Source: Proteiniphilum sp. UBA1403 (lineage in GTDB: Bacteria; Bacteroidota; Bacteroidia; Bacteroidales; Dysgonomonadaceae). From it: a stretch of DNA of 64,000 nucleotides. Below the pieces are notes generated by a model, which was not told the DNA's origin, made no database searches, and was given only the letters and a program-made list of their open reading frames with translations. This document shows positions 49,715 through 60,011 of this stretch, piece by piece. The first letter of the stretch is position 1. Every line of letters starts with the position of its first letter. The stretch covers positions 12,436 through 76,435 of the forward strand of contig DBQD01000042.1 in the NCBI GenBank assembly GCA_002305715.1. The letters run 5' to 3'. The translations under genes and the position numbers were made by a program.

Positions 49715-49882
49715 GTGCCCAAACCGTTCAAAAACCCCTATAAACAGCTGAATATTTGACTATTAATCTTGAAAAAAGACTGACTTTTCTTGATGACCAT
49801 ATTAAACATTTCGCTACATTTGAGAGTCATATTCAACGTAAACATTTTATTCACTTTATTCAATCATTAAAAAATAAACAGT

Positions 49883-50299
49883 ATGAAAAGAGTAGCTTTT
49901 ATGACAGTTATCGCCATCTTCGCAATGAGCGTATCTTTAATGGCACAAAACCCACAACGTCAAGGTCAAGGACCCGGAATGAGATTTAGTGCAAAAGAAA
50001 GAGCCGAAGCATTGGCAAAACAGGTTGAGTTGACAGATGCTCAGAAGGCTCAAGTGGTTGCACTTTTTGAGAAACAAGATGCTGCACGTGCTGAACAGTT
50101 CGCAAAAATGAGAGATGGTGGCAATCAAGATCGTGAAGCAATGCGTGCTGCCATGCAAAAGACAATGGAAGAAAACGATTGTGAACTTGAAAAAATTATC
50201 GGAAAGGAAAAAATGGAAAAGCACAAAAAAGAACGTGCAGAAAGAATGCCAAATATGGGAGGTCAAGGTCGTCGCAACGGACCACGTTCAACAAGGTAA
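49883..50299 (+). CDS. Exported helical protein (DUF4890/Spy-CpxP-like)
   Basis: Signal peptide; LTDAQKAQV; Arg/Met/Glu-rich; promoter TACATTTG at 49815-49822. Confidence 0.8.
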   Translation: MKRVAFMTVIAIFAMSVSLMAQNPQRQGQGPGMRFSAKERAEALAKQVELTDAQKAQVVALFEKQDAARAEQFAKMRDGGNQDREAMRAAMQKTMEENDCELEKIIGKEKMEKHKKERAERMPNMGGQGRRNGPRSTR

Positions 50300-50332
50300 A
50301 ATGCAACTAAAAAAATTAATCTGCTGATTTTA

Positions 50333-50368
50333 TAAATGGGGCTATCTCAAAAGGAGAGCCTCATTTTT
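50333..50368. terminator. Probable bidirectional terminator between convergent genes
   Basis: AAATGGGGCT...AGCCTCATTTTT. Confidence 0.65.
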
Positions 50369-51191
50369 ATTTGTAGTAGTGATTGTATATAGATTTGAAA
50401 GTTCTCGTCTTTTTGAAATTCTCCAACCATCCATTTAGGCTATCAAGTAACTGTGGTGAGTCGCGGCGTACCGCCCACGCTTCAAACTGAGTAAAACCAA
50501 TGTCGGTCACCACATCTATTTCCTCAAATTCTTTGGCCAGTCGTATTGCCAACATCTCATCACACACTGTGAAATCAATATCTCCAGAAGCCACCATAAT
50601 TACCAGCTGTTCAGGGCCGTAGGTAGGGTCCTCTTTTATATAGATGGTGTCACCAATCTCATGAGAGAGGTTCGAAAGACGCAAGATAGCAGGTGAATCC
50701 TTTGCCACATAAATTGTCTTCTTTGCCAGTTGAAGCTGCTGTCGGATGGGTTCAATGCTGTCGTTATACAAAGCCTTGCGTTGCACCAGCACCTGCTTAT
50801 TGAGTGTTATGGGAGTGGTAAATGCAACGTCATCCTTCAGTTTTGCATTTACAGGTATATTGCGTGCCACGAGATCGTAACGATGGTTTTGCAACCCTTT
50901 GAGGCTCTCTTCTAGGCTATTTTCCAAGGTCAGCTGCACCCTCACACCCCATTCTTTCTCCAATGCCCGCATCATCTCCAGTTGAAAACCAGTTGCAGAA
51001 TCACCCTCCACATAATAGCCGATGGTGTTGTAGTCCGTGACAACGTGCAATTCACCCAACTCAACTATCTCTGGATAATCTCGTGGAGTTGAATGGGGTT
51101 TATCCGCACGATTAATCGCGAGGTACAAAGCAATCATGGTTACAACAACCAAGCAGAGTAGAATGAGATATAAATATAGTTGTCTCTTCAA
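50367..51191 (-). CDS. SBP_bac_3 substrate-binding protein (MltF N-terminal-like)
   Basis: GELHVVT, GFQLEM, GDIDFTVCD, WAVRRDSPQL; N-terminal TM anchor. Confidence 0.8.
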   Translation of the reverse strand: MKRQLYLYLILLCLVVVTMIALYLAINRADKPHSTPRDYPEIVELGELHVVTDYNTIGYYVEGDSATGFQLEMMRALEKEWGVRVQLTLENSLEESLKGLQNHRYDLVARNIPVNAKLKDDVAFTTPITLNKQVLVQRKALYNDSIEPIRQQLQLAKKTIYVAKDSPAILRLSNLSHEIGDTIYIKEDPTYGPEQLVIMVASGDIDFTVCDEMLAIRLAKEFEEIDVVTDIGFTQFEAWAVRRDSPQLLDSLNGWLENFKKTRTFKSIYNHYYK

Positions 51192-51201
51192 TTCAAAGGA
51201 A

Positions 51202-53274
51202 TTAATTATGCAGATTCACAGAAAGACCTAACTTCAAACCAAAAGGGTTGACCGGATAACCAGGCATCGTAAAATAGTCCTGTGGCTTGATTACCTTTGT
51301 TGCTACGTTGTAGAACATCACGAAAAAGCGTGTCTGCTTCAAGTGAAAATTAGCGTAGACTGTCGAGATTGGATAGTTGCCGATTTCCCGATCCTGTTGA
51401 TTATAAAATTGCAATAATGCCGGCTCGTACCCCGGTGCAAAATACTTGGTATGATAATGCGCATCAACTCCAAACTGGAACGTAAGCTCGTTCACAATCT
51501 TCGTCTTCAAATACATATTTGAATAGGCGCTGAGTTCTGGCAACGGTATCGCATCTTCGTTACTCGAAGTCTGGTAGACCACTTCGTTATCCCAGTTAAA
51601 AATACCAAGATGAATCTTTTGCTCCACCCGGGCCGTCAACACCTGAATATTTTCACCCTCCTGTTGAATGTTTTTATCTTTATCGAAATAAATCAGGTTC
51701 TGTACATTCTCCACACCGGCACTCAATGTGGTGTTCGTGAAGGGAATGTGAAGTTTACCTCCAACATAGACCCGTCGAATGTCACCAAAGTCTCGGTCCC
51801 ACTTAAAATACTTGGAGTAGTAATGGTCTTGCAAGTACTTAGGTCTCAAATTCTTGACATAGCCATCCATTGTGAGTGTGGTACGTTTTCCAAAGAAATC
51901 AAAACCAGTCTCCACATCCCCCATTGCTCGGAACTCACCCAAGTTCACCCCCAGTACACCAAGGTCGGCACGCAGATTAAACAAGAGGTTATCCCCCTGT
52001 TGCTTATTGAGTTGCCCACCCAGTGTCACTGCATTTTCGTTGTAAGTATAATAGCCTGTACCCAGACTGTCACGCAATGAATACTTCCGTAAGTCATACT
52101 CCAGAAAGGCAGCTAGACCAAATTTCACCCACTCCTTGAAACCTTCACGTAGACCTAGAGTTACACTATTTTTGAAGGAGGTGTAGTGAATGCTGTCATC
52201 CACCGCACCCGCATAATTGCGTTGTGAATAAAACTGATCAATGCGATGCATCTGCTGACCATCTACATTCACATAGGCGGTGTCGTATGACAAGAAGCGT
52301 CGATACTGCTGTGTGAATTGCGACGAAAAGCCAATGCTTGCCACCGGAATAAAGTGCTCCTTGCTCTCAATTGTATCGCCTTCAATTTCGGTATATCCCA
52401 AGTTGTAGCGTCCTGAGAGAAAGAAACGGTTGTTCCCCACGGTGTTCCAGGTCTTGGTGAATTTTGTAGGTATATCTTGCGATGTAAAACGTTGTTGAAC
52501 AGCATCAGGGTCTGTAATGAACAACTCATCGGTGATTCCTCCATTCTCGAAGTTTTTCACAGAGCCCAGTGTCATGAAAGCATGCGACTCAAAGCGATCA
52601 GAAAGATAATTTCCATAAAGTGAAAAACTGTTATGTTTCACCGACTGAGACGCATAAAATCCTCGTGCATTGATCATGTCAGCATCGAGCCCCACGTTCA
52701 ACTTCTTTCCAAAATTAAATGTCAGTCGCGCATCCAATCGCTCCTCGCGAGTCTGTTTGGGACCAGCACGGTGATAGGTCAGCCGTGAATATGGTACCCT
52801 CGTATTTACAAAGAGCATTTTCTCTGGATCCTTCAAATAGGAAGAATAGGCATTGTTAAAGAGGAAGGTTTGTGTCTCTTCCCGCTCCGAAAAGATTTTC
52901 GAGTACATCGGTGCTCCGAGGGGGCCTAGGAAACCCATCGCCACCGACTGTCCATCTGGTAATGTGGTATGTTGGTAGTTGTGGATCAACGTATCCGACT
53001 CGGCCGGAATACGGTTACCCGTGCGTGCGTCAATTCTCCATAGCGTCATACGAGCCAATGCCTGCAAGGAGTCGGCCATCGCACCATGGTCGTGAACCAA
53101 GTGATTGATCGACGATGACTGAGAAGGCTGTTGCGACTGTTGTGGAAGTAGATTTAACGAATCGGGATCACTTGTAATCTGCGATTGATCGGGCATGATG
53201 ATGCGAGCCTGAGAGAAGGCTGTTGTAAACGCAATCATCCACACAAAAAAAGATATGCAAAACTTTTGTTTCAT
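51202..53274 (-). CDS. Putative outer-membrane porin (Bacteroidetes Porin_10-like)
   Basis: Signal peptide from ATG 53274 downstream of TAGATTTG (53281-53288); ENGGI motif; amphipathic beta-strands. Confidence 0.8.
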   Translation of the reverse strand: MKQKFCISFFVWMIAFTTAFSQARIIMPDQSQITSDPDSLNLLPQQSQQPSQSSSINHLVHDHGAMADSLQALARMTLWRIDARTGNRIPAESDTLIHNYQHTTLPDGQSVAMGFLGPLGAPMYSKIFSEREETQTFLFNNAYSSYLKDPEKMLFVNTRVPYSRLTYHRAGPKQTREERLDARLTFNFGKKLNVGLDADMINARGFYASQSVKHNSFSLYGNYLSDRFESHAFMTLGSVKNFENGGITDELFITDPDAVQQRFTSQDIPTKFTKTWNTVGNNRFFLSGRYNLGYTEIEGDTIESKEHFIPVASIGFSSQFTQQYRRFLSYDTAYVNVDGQQMHRIDQFYSQRNYAGAVDDSIHYTSFKNSVTLGLREGFKEWVKFGLAAFLEYDLRKYSLRDSLGTGYYTYNENAVTLGGQLNKQQGDNLLFNLRADLGVLGVNLGEFRAMGDVETGFDFFGKRTTLTMDGYVKNLRPKYLQDHYYSKYFKWDRDFGDIRRVYVGGKLHIPFTNTTLSAGVENVQNLIYFDKDKNIQQEGENIQVLTARVEQKIHLGIFNWDNEVVYQTSSNEDAIPLPELSAYSNMYLKTKIVNELTFQFGVDAHYHTKYFAPGYEPALLQFYNQQDREIGNYPISTVYANFHLKQTRFFVMFYNVATKVIKPQDYFTMPGYPVNPFGLKLGLSVNLHN

Positions 53275-53359
53275 CGGGTGCAAATCTACATAAAAAAACG
53301 CCACGCAACGCCACGCGATGCTGCTTTTCTCTTGTTTTTGAGATTTTTTAGAATGCCAA

Positions 53360-55153
53360 TTAATCGGTGATACCCATTGTCCGCATCAGGTAGCTGGCAT
53401 TCATATTTTGCGCTATACCCTCCTGCAGCTTGTAGCTGAATGTCAGTCGATCCCCCTCCAGCACTGCATCGAAATGCCAGTTGCTGATCTCCTTCGGAAA
53501 CTCCTGCTCCAGGCTCCCCAGTGCCAGGTCATGCGTCGCAATAATGCCATTGCCACCTAGACGTACCAGACGCTTCATCAGTGCCAGGGAGCCCCGTTGT
53601 TTGTCCTCCGAATTGGTCCCCTTCAGTATCTCGTCGAGGATGATGAACAAGCCCTCTTCGCCCGACTCTAACCGATCGATAATCATCTTCAAGCGCTTTA
53701 GCTCCGCCAGGAAGTAGGACTCGCTATTCACGAGCGAGTCGGAGGTTCGCAAGTTGGTCAGCAACCTACCCGGGAAGAGCTCCAGTCGCTTTGCACAAAC
53801 AGGCAGAGCAACCGACGCCAGAAGGTGGTTCACACCCACTGTACGGAGGTAGGTGCTCTTTCCCGCCATATTCGCCCCCGTCACAATCATGAAATAGGGC
53901 TTACGGGCAATATCAATATCGTTCGTCACACATCGCTCACGCGGTAAGAGAGGGTGTCCCAGTGCCTCACCCCTGAAGCAGGGCTCATCCGCAATCTCTG
54001 GGAAGGTATAATCCGGATGGTTCACCGCAAAGGTGGCCATCGAGACTAGGGCATCCGTCTCGGCCAGCACCTCAAACCATTTGCCGGTATCCTCCCCATG
54101 CAGCTTCATCCAGTTCGCAATCAGCAATGTGTATCGGGTGGTCCACAGAAATAGTGGATTCAATATCAGTACTGCAAGAGTGAAGCCTAGGTCGAGACTG
54201 CGACTGTAGTGCGACAGTTGCACAATCGCTTCCGAAGCCTTTTTGTTGTGTCTCAATTTAGCCTGTAACATCTTCAAGTAAGGTGACTCAAATTGTTCGC
54301 ACTCAAGGAGTGTGAAGAGTCGCGCGTAGGCACTCAACTGCTTCGATTTCTTGTCGAAGAGAAGCCAGGTCGCCTTCACCTGCCTCATCGGAACGACCGA
54401 CAGGCCAAGGGTGAAGACATACAGGAAGACAAACAATCCACCGGGTAACATACCATAAAGCCATAACACCAAATATACCAGATACAACAGTGGGATTATG
54501 CTAATAGCCAGTTTCCAGAAGCGACGGTTCGGCAGGCTGTAGGTCGACTGTGGCATTGCCATCGGGTTCCGTCCACCATTGCTCGATGGAGTAGTACTCT
54601 TCCCCGTCACCAGAAATTGAAGACAGAAATCCTCCTTCCTCATTAGCTCGGCTATCGCCTGTTGCCGGTCGAGTATCTCCCCTTTTGAAGTAAGCGGATA
54701 CTGCAACATCGTCGCCAGTCGCTCCTTTCCCTCCGCCAACGTCGTACGGTTTATCTGCTGAAATAGCGAATGCTCCCCAAACAGGTCGAGGTCGAAGCTA
54801 AATGGGTGAGAAGGATCAATCTTCTCTTTTGCTCCATCGAACGACGAGAAATCAAACTGCAACGCCTTCAGTTCGTTCTCCGCAATCCGGAGCAACGATT
54901 CGGCCGCTTCTTTCCTGTCCGCCAACATGTTGTGCCTCTTCAACGACAAGGCAAAAGCAATCACAATGACCAACAGTGAAACCAATAGCCAGGGTAGGTG
55001 CTGCACAAGCGCATAAATAATTGGAAAGCTCCCAACGAAAAGCGTCAAACGAAAAAGGCCTTGTAAATAAATTTTCCTCCGCAGCATGTCGCTTCTCTGC
55101 TTACTCTCCGTAGCGAGCATTGTATAGGATTGAATACGTTCTTCTATTGTCAT
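53360..55153 (-). CDS. Membrane-anchored MutS-related ATPase (domain V)
   Basis: TM helices; GANMAGKST, ESYFLAELKRL, IILDEILKGTNS, IATHD. Confidence 0.9.
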   Translation of the reverse strand: MTIEERIQSYTMLATESKQRSDMLRRKIYLQGLFRLTLFVGSFPIIYALVQHLPWLLVSLLVIVIAFALSLKRHNMLADRKEAAESLLRIAENELKALQFDFSSFDGAKEKIDPSHPFSFDLDLFGEHSLFQQINRTTLAEGKERLATMLQYPLTSKGEILDRQQAIAELMRKEDFCLQFLVTGKSTTPSSNGGRNPMAMPQSTYSLPNRRFWKLAISIIPLLYLVYLVLWLYGMLPGGLFVFLYVFTLGLSVVPMRQVKATWLLFDKKSKQLSAYARLFTLLECEQFESPYLKMLQAKLRHNKKASEAIVQLSHYSRSLDLGFTLAVLILNPLFLWTTRYTLLIANWMKLHGEDTGKWFEVLAETDALVSMATFAVNHPDYTFPEIADEPCFRGEALGHPLLPRERCVTNDIDIARKPYFMIVTGANMAGKSTYLRTVGVNHLLASVALPVCAKRLELFPGRLLTNLRTSDSLVNSESYFLAELKRLKMIIDRLESGEEGLFIILDEILKGTNSEDKQRGSLALMKRLVRLGGNGIIATHDLALGSLEQEFPKEISNWHFDAVLEGDRLTFSYKLQEGIAQNMNASYLMRTMGITD

Positions 55154-55352
55154 GTAGTTACGTTTTGAACCGTTTCGATGATGGCGCAGGGTATCTCCGC
55201 AGACCCACCAGTTACATCTGAAGCTACTTTTGTTGTGTCTGTCGCTGCTCCAAATTCACCCACAAAATTACTTCTTTTCCTTCTCCTGTCAAACAGGGAG
55301 ATACAAAGAAATGCCCTCTATGAACACTTCAATGCAAATTAATCTGTAAAAA

Positions 55353-55384
55353 TTGCATGATTTAAAATAAATCACTTATCTTTG
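55353..55384 (+). promoter_or_regulatory. his operon promoter
   Basis: TTG 55353-55355 and TATCTTTG 55377-55384. Confidence 0.75.
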
Positions 55385-55402
55385 CGACATCAAAACAACA
55401 AA

Positions 55403-55459
55403 ATGAAAGCAAATCTGTTCCATCATCATCATTTTCATACTTGCATCCAGGCGAGGTGA
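55403..55459 (+). CDS. hisL: his operon leader peptide MKANLFHHHHFHTCIQAR
   Basis: 18-aa ORF with five His codons between promoter and attenuator; below ORF-track size cutoff. Confidence 0.9.
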   Translation: MKANLFHHHHFHTCIQAR

Positions 55460-55493
55460 GACCGATTTGTGTGAACAGAAACGCAATATATAC

Positions 55494-55530
55494 AGAACCC
55501 GTCTGAATGATCTCAGGCGGGTTTTTTGTT
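55494..55530 (+). terminator. his attenuator terminator
   Basis: AACCCGTCTGA-ATGATC-TCAGGCGGGTT followed by T tract. Confidence 0.9.
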
Positions 55531-55571
55531 CTAACTACTGCTTGATATCATTCGACAAAAAGTACCAATCA

Positions 55572-56429
55572 ATGGAAAAAATAAAAATTGCAATCCAGAA
55601 GAGTGGCCGACTAAGTGAGAAGTCGCTCAACCTGCTAACCGAGTGTGGCATCAAAGTGTCCAATGGCGACCGGAAACTGCGTACCGACGCGCGTAACTTC
55701 CCCATGGAGATCCTTTTCTTGCGCGACGACGACATTCCACAATATGTAGAACAGGGTGTGGCCGACATCGGCATCTTGGGAGAAAACGAAGTGTGGGAAA
55801 AAGACAAGGAAGTCGATATTATCGAGAAGCTCGGCTTCGGCAACTGCCGCCTCTCGCTTGCCATCCCCAAGGATGAGCAGTATACCAACATCAACTATTT
55901 CCAAGGCAAGCGCATTGCCACCAGCTACCCCAAGATATTAAGCAACTACTTCAAGAACAAAGGCATAAATGTAAAGATCGAAGAACTAGGTGGCAGTGTA
56001 GAGATCGCCACCGGCATCGGTTTAGCCGACGCCATATTCGATATTGTCAGCACCGGCAGTACCCTGCTCATGAACGGTCTCAAAGAGGCCGAAGCCATAA
56101 TCCGCAGCGAAGCCGTCCTCATCAGCAATAGAAATCTCTCCCCCGCTAAAACCGTACTCCTAGAACAGTTGTTATTCCGTATAAAAGCCTACAAGAACGG
56201 GCAGGGTAAGAAGTACGTACTGCTAAATGCACGCAATGAGGTAATCCCTGAAATTGTGAAACTGCTACCAGGTATGCGCTCACCCAGCATTCTGCCACTC
56301 GCCGACGAAGGTTGGAGCAGCGTACACTCAGTGATTAGCGACGACGACTTCTGGGAGATCATCGATGAGTTAAAGCGTCACGGCGCCGAAGGCATCCTGG
56401 TTGTTCCCATCGAAAAGATGATCCAATAA
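55572..56429 (+). CDS. hisG: ATP phosphoribosyltransferase (long form)
   Basis: KIAIQKSGRL, RDDDIPQYV, RIATSYP, DIVSTGSTL, PGMRSP; ATG 55572. Confidence 0.97.
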   Translation: MEKIKIAIQKSGRLSEKSLNLLTECGIKVSNGDRKLRTDARNFPMEILFLRDDDIPQYVEQGVADIGILGENEVWEKDKEVDIIEKLGFGNCRLSLAIPKDEQYTNINYFQGKRIATSYPKILSNYFKNKGINVKIEELGGSVEIATGIGLADAIFDIVSTGSTLLMNGLKEAEAIIRSEAVLISNRNLSPAKTVLLEQLLFRIKAYKNGQGKKYVLLNARNEVIPEIVKLLPGMRSPSILPLADEGWSSVHSVISDDDFWEIIDELKRHGAEGILVVPIEKMIQ

Positions 56430-56443
56430 ACAGACCCAAGTAT

Positions 56444-57865
56444 ATGAAAACAACATCCAATCCGTCACAGTCCAAGTGGAAGAAGTTAGCCGAGCGACCG
56501 ATGATCAAACAGCGAAAGCTGATGGACATGGTCGAAAAGATGTTCTACAATATTCATCGCAAGGGCGACAAGGCCGTGTTGGCATACAGTCGTAAGTTCG
56601 ACTTTCCCGAACAGGAGACAATGCTAGTCGACCCTGAAGTCATTGCCCAAGCATCAGAGAAGTTACCCGAGCAGTTGAAGCAGGCCATGGCACTGGCGGC
56701 AAAAAATATCGAGACCTTCCACCGCTCCCAACAGGAGGAGGTACGCAAAGTAGAGACAGCACCCGGTGTGGTCTGCTGGCGGGAGTTGCGACCCATTGAG
56801 CGGGTAGGCATCTATATCCCTGGCGGTACGGCACCCCTGTTCTCTACGGTGCTCATGCTCGCCATTCCCGCCAAGATTGCCGGTTGCAAAGAGATCATCC
56901 TCTGCACACCACCCAGCGAGCAAGGTGAAATACACCCCGCCATCCTTTATGCAGGACAGATAACCGGTGTTACTCAACTCTTCGCCGTTGGAGGTATTCA
57001 AGCCATTGGTGCCATGACCTTCGGCACGGAGACCATTCCTAAAGTGAACAAGATCTTCGGACCCGGTAACCAGTATGTGATGGCTGCAAAACGTTCTGCA
57101 CAGTATTATGGGGTAGCTATTGACATGCCTGCCGGTCCGAGTGAAGTACTGGTCGTTGCCGATGAGACCTGCAACCCAGCCTTTGTCGCTGCCGACCTGC
57201 TCTCACAGGCTGAACATGGACCCGACAGCCAGGTGATCCTACTCACCAACAGCAAGAAGGTGATCAAGCAAGTAAACAAGGAGATCGACCAGCAACTACT
57301 CAGTCTCCCCCGTCAAGAGGTGGCCGCCAAAGCACTCAAGAACAGCAAGGCAATTCTCTTCCGCGATCTGGAAACATGCATCGACTTCAGCAACTTCTAC
57401 GCACCCGAACACCTGATCCTGGCGACTGAAAACCCGGTACTGCTGAGTCGCAACGTTATCAACGCCGGCTCCATCTTCCTCGGTAACTGGAGTTGCGAGA
57501 GTGCGGGTGACTATGCCAGCGGCACCAACCATACACTGCCAACCAGCGGTCACGCCAAGGCCTATAGCGGTGTATCGCTCGACAGCTTTGTGAAGAAGAT
57601 CACCTTCCAGCAACTCAACGAAGAGGGAATACTCAGCATCGGCAATGCCATTGAGATTATGGCTGAGACCGAACAGCTCGATGCACACAAGAATGCGGTC
57701 ACACTCCGACTGGGAGCCGTTGCATCACATCTGCTCCCGGCAAACAACATTGCAGCCAGCAACGCAAAAGAAAACGTGAACAGTATTGCAAATGAATATG
57801 GTAAGAGTGATGCAAATACTCCCGAAACAGAACCCAAAGTAACGCAGTCCGATGAAGAACTTTGA
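56444..57865 (+). CDS. hisD: Histidinol dehydrogenase with C-terminal extension
   Basis: YIPGGTAPL, GPGNQYV, DMPAGPSEV, SQAEHG, YAPEHL, GDYASGTNHTLPT. Confidence 0.97.
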   Translation: MKTTSNPSQSKWKKLAERPMIKQRKLMDMVEKMFYNIHRKGDKAVLAYSRKFDFPEQETMLVDPEVIAQASEKLPEQLKQAMALAAKNIETFHRSQQEEVRKVETAPGVVCWRELRPIERVGIYIPGGTAPLFSTVLMLAIPAKIAGCKEIILCTPPSEQGEIHPAILYAGQITGVTQLFAVGGIQAIGAMTFGTETIPKVNKIFGPGNQYVMAAKRSAQYYGVAIDMPAGPSEVLVVADETCNPAFVAADLLSQAEHGPDSQVILLTNSKKVIKQVNKEIDQQLLSLPRQEVAAKALKNSKAILFRDLETCIDFSNFYAPEHLILATENPVLLSRNVINAGSIFLGNWSCESAGDYASGTNHTLPTSGHAKAYSGVSLDSFVKKITFQQLNEEGILSIGNAIEIMAETEQLDAHKNAVTLRLGAVASHLLPANNIAASNAKENVNSIANEYGKSDANTPETEPKVTQSDEEL

Positions 57866-58904
57866 TTTGCAAGCGTGGGTGCGTCCCAACATCTGGGCAC
57901 TGAAACCCTACTCCAGTGCGAGAGACGAATTCTCGGGTAACGAGGGCATCTTCCTCGATGCCAACGAAAACCCCTTTGGGGGGAAGAATCGCTACCCCGA
58001 CCCTCACCAGCGTGCACTTAAAAAGGTGCTGTCAGAACGGAACAATATACCGGTCGACCAGATCTTTATTGGTAACGGCAGCGACGAGGTGATCGACCTT
58101 GTCTACCGCGTCTTCTGCGAACCGGGCAAAGACCGTGTCATCATCTGCCCGCCCACATACGGTATGTACGAAGTGTCTGCCAACATCCACAATGTGGAGA
58201 TCATCAGCATACCCCTTAACGATGAGTTCCAACTCAATATTGACAGCATTCTCTCCCAATCGGCCAAATGCCTCTTTGTATGCTCACCCAACAACCCTTC
58301 TGGGAATCGGCTCAATAATGTTCAACGACTGCTCGATGAGTTTCAGGGTATCGTCATCGTGGACGAAGCCTATATCGACTTTTGCGACAACCAAAGCTAC
58401 ACCACCCTGCTGCCGCAATACCCCAATCTCATCGTGATGCAAACCTTCAGCAAAGCCTGGGCACTGGCCAGCGCGCGTGTCGGTGTTGCCTATGCCAGCA
58501 AGGACATCATCGCCATCATGGACAAGACCAAGCCACCATACAACGTGAGTCGCTTCAACCAGGAGGAAGCCCTCAAAGCCCTCTCCAAGCCAGAGAAACA
58601 CGCTTATAGGGTAGCTACCATCCTCCAGGAGAGGGAATTACTCAAAGACGCTCTACTACAGCTGCCGGTCGTAAGGCATATCTACCCCTCTGATGCCAAC
58701 TTCCTGCTGGTGGAGGTCACCGATGCCAATGCCCTCTATGAATACCTGGTCACACAGAAAGTGATTGTCCGGAACCGTCATAGTGTGGTTCGTAACTGCC
58801 TTCGTATCACAGTGGGCACACCCGAAGAAAACAAAACATTGCTGCAGGCGCTCGAAGCCTTTCCGCTGACCGGTGCCGCAGAGTTACAACCAATTGTACG
58901 ATAA
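57852..58904 (+). CDS. hisC: Histidinol-phosphate aminotransferase
   Basis: LDANENP, GNGSDE, CSPNNPSG, DEAYIDF, TFSKAWALA. Confidence 0.97.
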   Translation: MKNFDLQAWVRPNIWALKPYSSARDEFSGNEGIFLDANENPFGGKNRYPDPHQRALKKVLSERNNIPVDQIFIGNGSDEVIDLVYRVFCEPGKDRVIICPPTYGMYEVSANIHNVEIISIPLNDEFQLNIDSILSQSAKCLFVCSPNNPSGNRLNNVQRLLDEFQGIVIVDEAYIDFCDNQSYTTLLPQYPNLIVMQTFSKAWALASARVGVAYASKDIIAIMDKTKPPYNVSRFNQEEALKALSKPEKHAYRVATILQERELLKDALLQLPVVRHIYPSDANFLLVEVTDANALYEYLVTQKVIVRNRHSVVRNCLRITVGTPEENKTLLQALEAFPLTGAAELQPIVR

Positions 58905-58910
58905 TAAAAG

Positions 58911-59999
58911 ATGAAGAAAGTACTATTTATAGACCGCGACGGCACGCTCATCCTCGAGCCCGCAGATGAACAGATTGACAGCCTGGAGAAGCTGGAGTTC
59001 TACCCCGGTGTCTTCAGCTACCTCTCCCGCATTGCCAACGAGTTGGAGTATGAACTGGTCATGGTTACCAACCAGGACGGACTGGGCACCTCCTCCTTCC
59101 CCGAAGAGACCTTCTGGCCCGTCCACAACAAAGTGATGAAAGCACTCGAGAACGAAGGCATCCGTTTCAGTGAAGTGCTGATTGACCGTTCCTTCCCGCA
59201 CGAGAACCTGCCAACCCGCAAGCCTGGCACAGCCATGCTTACCCACTATTTGAAGGGAGGATACGACCTAGCCAATTCTTATGTGATTGGGGACAGGGTT
59301 ACCGATGTGCAGTTGGCAGAAAACATGGGATGCAATTCGATCTATCTGAACAAGGAAGCCCACCCGAAGGCTACGCTAAGCACAGCAGACTGGGGCGAAA
59401 TCTACCGATTCCTGAAAGCGACACCCCGCACAGCATGTATCCACCGCAAGACCTCCGAAACCGATATATATGTCGAAGTCAATATCGATGGCAAAGGAAA
59501 GAGCGACATATCCACCGGTATTGGTTTCTTCGACCACATGCTCGAGCAGATCTCCCGACACGGGAATATCGACCTCACAGTGAAGGCGAAGGGTGATCTT
59601 CATATCGACGAGCACCACACCATCGAAGATGTGGGCATAGCCCTTGGAGAGACCTTCTTTGAAGCCCTTGGCAAGAAGAAAGGCATCACCCGCTATGGCT
59701 TCCTACTGCCCATGGACGACTGCCTCGCACAGGTTGCCATCGACTTTGGCGGACGCCCTTGGCTCGTCTGGGATGTAACATTCAGGCGCGAGCACATCGG
59801 TGACATGCCCACTGAGATGTGCATGCATTTTTTTAAGTCTTTTAGCGACAATGCCCGCTGCAACCTCAATATTAAAGCTGAGGGCGACAACGAACACCAC
59901 AAGATCGAAGCCATCTTCAAAGCTTTCGCCAGAGCCATTCGCATGGCAGTGGAGCGTAGCGATGAGGGAGGAATTCCCAGTACAAAGGGAGTTTTATAA
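58911..59999 (+). CDS. hisB: Bifunctional histidinol-phosphatase/imidazoleglycerol-phosphate dehydratase
   Basis: DRDGTL HAD motif, [26 protein letters not shown]. Confidence 0.97.
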   Translation: MKKVLFIDRDGTLILEPADEQIDSLEKLEFYPGVFSYLSRIANELEYELVMVTNQDGLGTSSFPEETFWPVHNKVMKALENEGIRFSEVLIDRSFPHENLPTRKPGTAMLTHYLKGGYDLANSYVIGDRVTDVQLAENMGCNSIYLNKEAHPKATLSTADWGEIYRFLKATPRTACIHRKTSETDIYVEVNIDGKGKSDISTGIGFFDHMLEQISRHGNIDLTVKAKGDLHIDEHHTIEDVGIALGETFFEALGKKKGITRYGFLLPMDDCLAQVAIDFGGRPWLVWDVTFRREHIGDMPTEMCMHFFKSFSDNARCNLNIKAEGDNEHHKIEAIFKAFARAIRMAVERSDEGGIPSTKGVL

Positions 60000-60011
60000 T
60001 GTGATTTACGT

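Noticed and set aside
55150-55263. 37-aa GTG-started minus-strand ORF whose TGA overlaps the MutS-like ATG
   Set aside because: The GTG overlaps the -7 promoter element (TAATTTTG, 55263-55270), so it lies upstream of the likely transcription start
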